DNA of 64,000 nt, taken from contig CM082576.2 in assembly GCA_040954595.2 (NCBI GenBank), forward strand, positions 2,330,760-2,394,759. The letters run 5' to 3'. This stretch comes from Balanoglossus misakiensis (taxonomy: Eukaryota; Animalia; Hemichordata). The notes under the pieces were generated by a model that ran no database searches, was not told the origin of the DNA, and worked only from the letters and a program-made list of their open reading frames with translations. Positions 1-9,277 of the stretch are shown here, piece after piece (positions within the stretch are counted from its first letter, which is position 1; every line of letters begins with the position of its first letter). The position numbers and the translations under genes are program-made.

Positions 1-1421
1 GGACGATTTTCATGAGCTATAACCCATGATTTTTTCAAAAAATGACGAAATTTCGAAAATCCGCAAAGTCGAAAAATTGTCATTTTCGGACGATTTTCAT
101 GAGCTATAACCCATGATTTTTTCAAAAAATGACGAAATTTGGAAAATCCGCAAAGTCGAAAAATTGTCATTTTCGGACGATTTTCATGAGCTATAACCCA
201 TGATTTTTTCAAAAAATGACGAAATTTCGAAAATCCGCAAAGTCGAAAAATTGTCATTTTCGGACGATTTTCATGAGCTATAACCCATGATTTTTTCAAA
301 AAATGACGAAATTTCGAAAATCCGCAAAGTCGAAAAATTGTCATTTTCGGACGATTTTCATGAGCTATAACCCATGATTTTTTCAAAAAATGACGAAATT
401 TCGAAAATCCGCAAAGTCGAAAAATTGTCATTTTCGGACGATTTTCATGAGCTATAACCCATGATTTTTTCAAAAAATGACGAAATTTCGAAAATCCGCA
501 AAGTCGAAAAATTGTCATTTTCGGACGATTTTCATGAGCTATAACCCATGATTTTTTCAAAAAATGACGAAATTTTGAAAATCCGCAAAGTCGAAAAATT
601 GTCATTTTCGGACGATTTTCATGAGCTATAACCCATGATTTTTTCAAAAAATGACGAAATTTTGAAAATCCGCAAAGTCGAAAAATTGTCATTTTCGGAC
701 GATTTTCATGAGCTATAACCCATGATTTTTTCAAAAAATGACGAAATTTCGAAAATCCGCAAAGTCGAAAAATTGTCATTTTCGGACGATTTTCATGAGC
801 TATAACCCATGATTTTTTCAAAAAATGACGAAATTTCGAAAATCCGCAAAGTCGAAAAATTGTCATTTTCGGACGATTTTCATGAGCTATAACCCATGAT
901 TTTTTCAAAAAATGACGAAATTTCGAAAATCCGCAAAGTCGAAAAATTGTCATTTTCGGACGATTTTCATGAGCTATAACCCATGATTTTTTCAAAAAAT
1001 GACGAAATTTCGAAAATCCGCAAAGTCGAAAAATTGTCATTTTCGGACGATTTTCATGAGCTATAACCCATGATTTTTTCAAAAAATGACGAAATTTTGA
1101 AAATCAGCAAAGTCGAAAAATTGTCATTTTCGGATGATTTTCATGAGCTATAACCCATGATTTTTTCAAAAAATGACGAAATTTCGAAAATCAGCAAAGT
1201 CAAAAAATTGTCATTTTCGGATGATTTTCATGAGCTATAACCCATGATTTTTTCAAAAAATGACGAAATTTCGAAAATCAGCAAAGTCAAAAAATTGTCA
1301 TTTTCGGATGATTTTCATGAGCTATAACCCATGAAAAGCGTCGAGAATCCACAAAAACGCAAAAGTTGGCAAATTCGGGAAATCGTCATTTTTGGCACTT
1401 TTCATGAGCTATAACCCATGA
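1..1421. repeat. 87-bp tandem satellite, about 15 near-identical copies plus a degenerate final copy; truncated by the window start
   Basis: The unit ggacgattttcatgagctataacccatgattttttcaaaaaatgacgaaatttcgaaaatccgcaaagtcgaaaaattgtcattttc recurs at 1, 88, 175 and onward (period 87). Variants accumulate after about 1080 and the unit decays over 1333-1421. Confidence 0.97.
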
Positions 1422-1451
1422 AAACTTATGATTTTCATCTTTCTCTTACAG

Positions 1452-1639
1452 ATAACCAAGTAGCCCCTGCCACTCAAATGAACGTTGTGTCAAGCAATTC
1501 TGTGCAAGGTGGTTACTATGGAGCCCAGCCGCCACCACCGCCACCAACCTACAGCGCTCAACCGGCCTACGGGACCGACCCACCAATATATGGTCAACCC
1601 GGAGGTCAACCATCTCAATCATATCCATCCAAGACATAA
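1452..1639 (+). CDS. Terminal coding exon of an upstream gene; Pro/Gly/Tyr/Gln-rich cytoplasmic tail with a PPxY motif
   Basis: Acceptor ttttcatctttctcttacag ends at 1451, followed by an open frame (D)NQVAPATQ...QPPPPPPTYSAQPAYGTDPPIYGQPGGQPSQSYPSKT to TAA at 1637-1639. The exon is GC-richer than its flanks. The ATG at 1418 is inside the satellite and is probably not a real start. Confidence 0.7.
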
Positions 1640-1750
1640 TTTTGAATCGACTATAATGTTATTCAGATTGATATTGGTAATATTTTCAAACCAATTCGTG
1701 TAGTTGCAGGCCTAATCATAATAATACTTTACACAAGAAGATTATTCAGA

Positions 1751-2062
1751 ATTATATTACACCAGTATATTGATGGTGTAAATCACGCTATTTGATTGGT
1801 CGAAACACGACACGTGACTGTGATATATTAGTCATATACCACAGTCATATATCATAGTCAAAGAAAATGCCTTTTTAAAATGTTTTATGCAAAGTTTCAA
1901 TATACTGGCATAATATAATAGCAATAAAACACCCCCAGCCATGGTATACCACTCGATTTTGACCAGTTCAACTCCCTATACGCACTCGCTATCGCTCGTG
2001 CGTATATGTCGTGAACTGGTCAAAATCTCGTGGTATACCTTGGCTGGGGGTGTTTTATTGCT
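1751..2062. mobile_element. Non-autonomous fold-back element with an internal region complementary to both termini (tyrosine-recombinase DIRS/Crypton-like geometry)
   Basis: 1751-1772 attatattacaccagtatattg is the inverse of 1898-1919 caatatactggcataatataat (20/22). 1920-1970 is the near-perfect inverse of 2012-2062, with an inner tatacgcac/gtgcgtata stem. There is a further small hairpin at 1815-1847. Confidence 0.6.
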
Positions 2063-3819
2063 TAATTAAGAATGCCTACAAGATGACAGTGTTGAATTTT
2101 TTAGTATTTGAGATTGAATCCAAGGTGTTTTCTACGAAAAGTTAATGCCTGCAACATACGCTTAGAGTAAAGTTGTTTCATATGATAAATATCAAGAATG
2201 TTTGAACCGTCCAAATTTCTTAGCTATTTGAGTTTAAAGAGTACATTTCTTTCTGTCAATAAAGAGATATACTAGGCACTATCGTTTGGCATTTATTAAT
2301 TTTGTTTTAGGCCTAATGTTTCCGTTTAATAAGTTATGTCCCAGACTGCTTACTGAGTGAGTAATGTCTCGTTGAGATCTATTCATATTCAGGCTTTGAA
2401 ATCACTAATTAGGATTAGGAGCTCAGACACTTAGGTGCATTGCGGGGGAGCTGGGGGGAACCTGATTAACTATCAAGTAAGGAAAATCGTTCTTTTTAAG
2501 TGGCGTTCTTACTGTGTTACTGCTATATCTAAACTTTGGCGGACACGAAATGCAAATTTAGTACTCAATTTACGTGTTTAGTTTTGACGACCAGAGTATA
2601 CCTTACAAATAACTAAATTGGATTAAACTTCGCAGGTACTTTGCATAGAGTGCAAACTGCTACCTAATTTAAACATTCAACGACAATTTTTTTTTCGCCC
2701 TGTCTCGGCTTCTGTAGTGTACAAGGATATGGTTACTTGGGAAAATAGAAAGAGTACGAACAGACTTTGGATTTGTGGCAACTTTTGACACAATGTTAAA
2801 CATTTTAGCAAATTCAGAAAACGGGTCAAACTTCCAGATTTTGTTTCCATGTTTACAGGTGATCTTTCGCCTACTTTAGAATTTCCTGAGCGTCAGTATA
2901 GGAAGCAAAGACCAAGGTCTCAGTTGCTATGGCCAATTACGGGAATAGAATTAATTTGCCAAAATTGTGACGATTTTTCACCTTCTTTGCATATGTCAGA
3001 GTCTATAATGGTTGCAAACCTGACGCTGTTTGAGTTTCAATGGGACAATCTCAGCATCAAGGCAGGGTTGGGGTAATAAAATGATACAGACACATTTATT
3101 TCATTTTAATCTAGTTCATTGAAAATTTTAATTTCAAAGTTTTAAATCCATAAAGAAAAGAGGATAAATGTATACAGTATTATCTGTATACTTACAATAT
3201 GAAAAAGAAGCTTGCAAGTATATTACTTGGTAAACATCAATTGAAATACTATTGTCATTAGATTTTAGGCGGTCACTGCAGACAGCCAGTAACAGTTACT
3301 GCTGCATCGCGGAAAATGGACACTTCGTCCCCAGCTTGGTTGCCGGATACCCATCTGGTTTTTGCATCTGCAAAACAAACAAAGTAGAAATGAATGTCTA
3401 ATATCCATGGACATGAAACAAAGCATGATCACCACTGAACGCCAATTGTTGTTCATTCGCAGATGGTACATCATTCAAATCTGTATGGCTGCCTGGAATT
3501 TCACTCCCTATTTGGCACCTTGGTTAAATTTTACTGCAACAACGATAGAGATCTGCCCATTTAAGCTTATAATTGTACTTAGTTAAACTGACAACTCCTG
3601 GACATTGTGAATAACCACACCCCACCCACACATCCCTTACCATGTATTGTCTCAGTCACAGCTTCAGTTTTCTTTCCCACAATTCTTACCTTCCCACAAC
3701 CATGCAGTATTCTGGACATCAATCACACAGGCTGGCAATCATCTTAGCATCATCTACGGGATCCCTGGAATAAATGAAGAGTGTGTAAATGGAATGTCTC
3801 CTTCAAAGATGGCGAACAC

Positions 3820-4770
3820 GTAAAATCAGTTTGCTTGACTGGGTAACGGCACCAGTCTGAATCGAAAAAAAATATTCAAAATGGCCACCATGTAAAGAGG
3901 GACTTTGATGTGTATATCGCTTGTCAAACCTTGCTTGAAACCTCTGGTCTTCGTTCAGCCATTGAACATACTGCCCTTACCGCACCCAGCTATACTGCTG
4001 CATGGCGAAAATAACTAGTCACTTGGGCCCAGCTTGGTTGATGAATACCATTATCAGTTGATCTCGTCTCTGGATCTGCAAAATAAGCAAATGAAGTGAA
4101 TGTCTAATATTCTGTAAAATCAGTTTGCTTGACTGGGTAACGGCACCGGTCTGAATCGAAAAAAAAATATTAAAAATGGCCACCATGTAAAGAGGGACTT
4201 TGATGTGTCAAACCTTGCTTGAAACCTCTGGTCTTCGTTCAGCCATTGAACATACTGCCCTTACCGCACCCAGCTATACTGCTGCATGCAATACCATTAT
4301 GAGTTGATCTCATCCCTGCATCTGCAAAACAATGAAACGAAGTGAATGTCGGTGATATTCATGATCGTTCAGCCATTGAACATACTGCCCTTACCTCACC
4401 CAGCTCCACTGCTGCATGGCAAAAAAAACCTAGTCACTTAGGCCCAAGCTTGGTTGATGAATACCATTATGAGTTGATCTCGTCTCTGGATCTGCAAAAC
4501 AAGCAAATGGAGTGAGTGTCTGCAATATTCACGATCGTTCAGCCATGGAAGATACCTGCCCTTACCCTCACCCAGCTATACCGCTGCATGGCGAAAAAAC
4601 TCTGGTCTCTGCATCTGCAAAACAAAAAAAAATGGAGTGAGTGTCTGCAATATTCATGATCGTTCAGCCATGGAATATACCTGCCCTTACCTCACCCAGC
4701 TATACCACTGCATGGCGAAAAAACTCTGGTCTCTGCATCTGCAAAACAAGCAAACAAAGTTAATGTCTGG
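3820..4770. repeat. Degenerate tandem/segmental duplications (units of about 125-295 bp)
   Basis: 3820-4003 is nearly identical to 4114-4288. The module cgttcagccattgaacatactgcccttac...cccagctata..gctgcatgg...tctgcaaaac recurs five times between 3950 and 4750, with a diverged copy near 5815-5870. Confidence 0.85.
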
Positions 4771-4827
4771 AAAGTAAATACCTTATTTACCATAAAAAAA
4801 CAGACTAACAGAGACATACACACAAGC

Positions 4828-5717
4828 GAAGATGAGCGGTACGGAAATAAACCACTCTGTTTTATCAATACACGTATGTTTTTAATATTTTTTTATTGAA
4901 TAATGACGAAAGATAACATATCTAAAAAACCTGTATTAACTATATACGTGAGGGGGAAGATGATCGGTACGGAAATAAACCACTCTCAGTTTTATCAATA
5001 CACGTATGTTTTTAATATTATTTATTGAATAATGACGAAAGATAACATATCTAAAAAACCTGTATTAACTATATACGTGAGGGGGAAGATGATCGGTACG
5101 GAAATAAACCACTCTCAGTTTTATCAATACACGTATGTTTTTAATATTATTTATTGAATAATGACGAAAGATAACATATCTAAAAAACCTGTATTAACTA
5201 TATACGTGAGGGGGAAGATGATCGGTACGGAAATAAACCACTCCAGTATTATGAGTGCGTGTATGTTTTTATTTTATTTTTATTGAATAATGACGAAAGA
5301 TAACATATCTAAAAAACCTGTATTAACTATATACGTGAGGGGGAAGATGATCGGTACGGAAATAAACCACTCCAAGTATTATGAGTGCGTGTATGTTTTT
5401 ATTTTATTTTTATTGAATAATGACGAAAGATAACATATCTAAAAAACCTGTATTAACTATATACGTGAGGGGGAAGATGATCGGTACGGAAATAAACCAC
5501 TCCAAGTATTATGAGTGCGTGTATGTTTTTATTTTATTTTTATTGAATAATGACGAAAGATAACATATCTAAAAAACCTGTATTAACTATATACGTGAGG
5601 GGGAAGATGATCGGTACGGAAATAAACCACTCCAAGTATTATGAGTGCGTGTATGTTTTTATTTTATTTTTATTGAATAATGACGAAAGATAACATGTCT
5701 AAAAAAACTTGTATTAA
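4828..5717. repeat. 128-130-bp minisatellite, about 7 copies in two subtypes
   Basis: The unit start gaagatga(t/g)cggtacggaaataaaccac occurs at 4828, 4956, 5085, 5214, 5343, 5473 and 5603. Copies 1-3 carry ttttatcaatacacgt and copies 4-7 carry tattatgagtgcgtgt. Confidence 0.95.
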
Positions 5718-7677
5718 GTATTAACTGACGGTCTGAGGGATGGGACCCACCCGCACCGGGGATTTTATTTATGTCTATATAACTTACTTGTTACGAAACT
5801 TCATCCACTGGTCTTCATTCAGCCATGGAACATACAAACGCTCACCTCATTGTAGTCTAGCTGCATGGCCCAAATATACCGTACAACTTACCGTGACACA
5901 CATGCGCACACACTCACAACGAGCACCTTCCGATCGAAGCATTCAAAGCAGATAAACGTGTTGGTGCCGTGACAAAAATGACCCATGCACCGAGCATGTA
6001 GTCCATGTTGGTTCTAAACATTAATGACATCCACATATAGCATCCGCATTGCTGCATTCTTCAGATTTGTGCAAAATCGGTTCGCTGAACTGGCTACCGG
6101 CACCAGTCAGAATAGTTGAAAAATCTTAAAAATTGCCCAAAATTTGGCTAATACCGCTTTACTCTTACATCATGCTTGATAACATCATAGCATCCACGCA
6201 GAACGTACAACATCAGGTCATCTGGGCATCTGCAAAAAATAAGGAAACAAATTGAATGCCTATCCATGAACAGGAAACAAAATATCAACCGTGATCACCG
6301 TACGCTAAACTGTTGTTCATTCGCATTTGTACATCATACACGACTCGACAATATATGTTTTAGGGCTTCGTTGACAGACACGTAGCCTAAAAACACCAGC
6401 ATGGCACTATGTACATTTACATATTTTCAAGTTTAGGCCTACAACGAAGCGGAACATTTTAAACTCCGACAAAAAAATATTGTTTTTGGCAAAGCCTGCA
6501 CGGACACACGAAAATAACTGATTCGAATGAACATAATGAAGTTTCAAAGCTTCAAGTTATTTTCGCTATTGTCAGGTAGTATAATACAAAATTTGCATTT
6601 CGCTCACACTCGAAAACACGCCGACTACACGTGAACCCGCTGCCAATTCATCGTAGCCCCCCTCCCCTTTCCCGAAAAACTACCTTGTTTAAAAAAAAAA
6701 CTGCCGCCCACCAGTAGAGCTATAACACCGACTTGTCTTAATTTGATAAACCCGTCTCAAGTTGAGTTACGCGAAAGGGCGGTATTTGTGAATTAAAACG
6801 CATGAAAGCGCTGACTCGAGCTGCCTGACTCAATTATGTGGTGTAAACGTCTGGCGTTTTAGTTTTCCGTAACCCGCCACAGAATAACACATATTTCTGG
6901 TCAAAGATTGAGTAGATGTGTCTACTTCGTTTACTTTACTTACCACTGTCGTCATGAAAACTATCTAGCGGAGAAACTCTGTTTTGGGGGCAGAGTTCTC
7001 CGCATCTTCTCGTTGTCCGTGCTGCAGCGTGGCCGTCTGACTCCCTTATGAAAATGCACGGAAGGCTGGACGGAAATTTCCAAGTGGAGGTGGTCCAGGT
7101 GGCTCCAACCAATCAGCAGCGAAAACTTTGCTCTGGCGCGTCACATGTCACATCACGTGACCAGCGTCAAAAATGCTGACCTGCGGCTCGTGTGCATATT
7201 TGGGACAAAAAATCGCCAACTCGTACAGCACCCTCAGCGACCAAGTAAATAATGTTTTAGTTTTTCTCGAAATGTTACGGCCTTTGTTTTATTCAAGGAA
7301 ATCAGATGCACTGCATGTACTGGTAAATGCATAACATGTAGGCCTAATAAAAATGCACTGCAGGTATTAGGTAGATAACCGCTACATCATAAGATAGCTA
7401 CCGTGAATTTATAGATGAAATAAATTCATAAATATTTTGCTTTTTCTTGGTGTGCTCGTGAGTGAAGATATAGGCCTGAAGTGCCAAAAAAACACCTATC
7501 ACCACCCTTCAAATCTTCGTTATTTGTGGGAAAAGTCCTTTGGAAAGCAAAGAAAACTTCACCCTGAACATCGTCTTGTTTCATGTTAACATATATATTG
7601 GTGGCTTTCATTTTTTTTAAATCGCGGTAACAAGAGTACTTCCTAAAAGTCTAGTCCACTGTCCCATTTCATTTTCA

Positions 7678-7719
7678 GTAGTTCTCTTTTTGGAAGATGT
7701 GGTGGCCCTGAAAAGGGCC
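7678..7719 (-). terminator. Histone H2B 3' stem-loop and histone downstream element (HDE)
   Basis: Minus strand reads aaacGGCCCTTTTCAGGGCCacca (7704-7719), followed by the purine-rich ccaaaaagagaactac (7678-7693). This is the canonical replication-dependent histone 3' processing signal. Confidence 0.95.
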
Positions 7720-7749
7720 GTTTGATTTGTGTATGCTTGAACATACGAT

Positions 7750-8121
7750 TTACTTTGAGCTGGTGTATTTGGTGACGGCTTTGGTGCCTTCACTGACGGC
7801 GTGCTTGGCAAGCTCGCCGGGAAGTAAGAGACGGACGGCGGTCTGGATCTCTCTGCTGGTGATGGTGGCGCGCTTGTTGTATTGGGCCAAACGAGAGGCT
7901 TCAGAGGCGATGCGATCGAAAATATCGTTGACGAAGCTATTCATGATAGACATGCCCTTGGATGAGATTCCCGTGTCGGGATGGACCTGTTTCATCACCT
8001 TGTAGATGTAGATACCATAGCTTTCACGACGTTTGCGCCTCCTCTTCTTGTCAGCACCACCACGACGTCCCTTGGCCTTGCCGGCCTTTTTCGCGCCTTT
8101 GCCACTTCCTTTAGGAGCCAT
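7750..8121 (-). CDS. H2B: Histone H2B (replication-dependent, intronless, 123 aa)
   Basis: MAPKGSGK...[96 protein letters not shown] at 8119-8121. Confidence 0.99.
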   Translation of the reverse strand: MAPKGSGKGAKKAGKAKGRRGGADKKRRRKRRESYGIYIYKVMKQVHPDTGISSKGMSIMNSFVNDIFDRIASEASRLAQYNKRATITSREIQTAVRLLLPGELAKHAVSEGTKAVTKYTSSK

Positions 8122-8471
8122 CACTAACTAGTCAGTAAGCTAACTTAGTTCAGAATATATAACGCATCAACTGACGTGCTACAAAATTTATAGTGTAAAA
8201 TATGCAAATTAAGGATTAGAACCCTGAAGCGAAAATCTGCAACATTTTGAGCTCTCGAACGTAAAAGAGAGCAATACTTGTAACAAAGTTGCAATGATAT
8301 CACCATGATTGGTCATGCAAGGACAGTCAGCAAAGCATCGTAATGTGATTGGTCAAAAGTTGCCGCGGGTAAGATCGTACCACATACTATATAAAGGGCA
8401 AAAATACTCGCCCGAACTGTTTCGCACATTTGGCGTTGCGGAGTAGGAAAATTCATCTTGTAATCAGCATT
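8122..8471. promoter_or_regulatory. Bidirectional H2A/H2B promoter: TATA boxes, H2B octamer, two CCAAT boxes
   Basis: TATAAAT on the minus strand at about 8186-8192; octamer ATGCAAAT at 8202-8209 (ATTTGCAT on the H2B strand); tgATTGGtca twice, at 8308 and 8348 (40 bp apart); TATATAAA at 8388-8395. Confidence 0.85.
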
Positions 8472-8846
8472 ATGTCTGGACGTGGCAAAGGAAAGGCTAA
8501 GCGTGGCAAGGGAAAGACACGATCATCCCGCGCCGGTTTGCAGTTTCCCGTTGGACGTGTACATCGTCTTCTGAGGAAGGGCAACTACGCCAACCGTGTT
8601 GGTGCCGGTGCGCCGGTCTATTTGGCTGCCGTAATGGAGTATCTGGCTGCCGAAATACTCGAGCTGGCCGGAAACGCCGCCCGTGACAACAAGCGCACCA
8701 GAATTAATCCCCGCCACTTGCAGCTAGCCGTTCGTAATGATGAAGAACTGAACAGACTTCTGGGTGGTGTGACCATTGCTCAGGGCGGAGTAATGCCTAA
8801 CATCCAAGCAGTACTCTTGCCAAAGAAATCCCAATCCAAAAAGTAA
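8472..8846 (+). CDS. H2A: Histone H2A (replication-dependent, intronless, 124 aa)
   Basis: MSGRGKG...[23 protein letters not shown]...[18 protein letters not shown]...[11 protein letters not shown]. The true ATG is at 8472; the ORF track extends it to an upstream TTG. Confidence 0.99.
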   Translation: MSGRGKGKAKRGKGKTRSSRAGLQFPVGRVHRLLRKGNYANRVGAGAPVYLAAVMEYLAAEILELAGNAARDNKRTRINPRHLQLAVRNDEELNRLLGGVTIAQGGVMPNIQAVLLPKKSQSKK

Positions 8847-8873
8847 AGATGTTCCGAGGAACACAAACAAAAC

Positions 8874-8915
8874 GGCCCTTTTCAGGGCCACACCATCCTC
8901 CAAAGAGAGAACTAC
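8874..8915 (+). terminator. Histone H2A 3' stem-loop and HDE
   Basis: aaacGGCCCTTTTCAGGGCCacacc at 8874-8889, then ccaaagagagaactac at 8900-8915. Confidence 0.95.
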
Positions 8916-9277
8916 CGATTTTACAAGTGTAAATTTGATAACTTTTTATTACAGGGAAAAGAAGTTGAACATGTAATTTTTAAAAAATCCAAATATGAGC
9001 ACAAACAAATCTAGATATAGATGTATCCTATTTTCAAAACAATCCGAATAGTGCCCTGCTAAAACCAAGATGAAAATTGTAGTTTTTACTCACATACACA
9101 TTCAATTGTTGCATCAGTCTGAGATTAAAAAGGAATCCGTGCTAAAAATAATAGTGAGATCAACTGTTTTGCAAACATGATTTATAGTAATTCTCGAAAC
9201 TTTTCCAGTCTATCCTCAGGTCAACAACACACGTGTCTGCTGATATTATGTGGATCGCTCCAAGTAAACACTGCCCT

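Larger units (their letters stand above)
3284..7050 (-). ncRNA. Putative spliced long non-coding (or decayed) transcript built from duplicated exon/intron modules
   Basis: Repeated minus-strand acceptors (plus-strand ctgcaaaa at 3368, 4076, 4322, 4492, 4615, 4739, 6230) and donors (plus-strand cttac at 3636, 3976, 4260, 4390, 4561, 4686, 5887, 6164, 6939). The predicted exons 3981-4075 and 3641-3764 have stops in all three frames. CCAAT and E-box motifs lie upstream at 7109-7161. Confidence 0.4.

Noticed and set aside
1-1421. CRISPR-like array
   Set aside because: The units are identical end to end with no unique spacers, the context is eukaryotic, and there are no cas genes.
7727-8005. 92-aa plus-strand ORF and other antisense ORFs over exons (for example 8523-8717, 29985-30558)
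   Set aside because: These are antisense shadows of the histone and PALS1 coding sequences.
8430-8471. N-terminal extension of H2A in the ORF track
   Set aside because: It starts at a TTG in the 5' UTR. The canonical MSGRGK start is at 8472.
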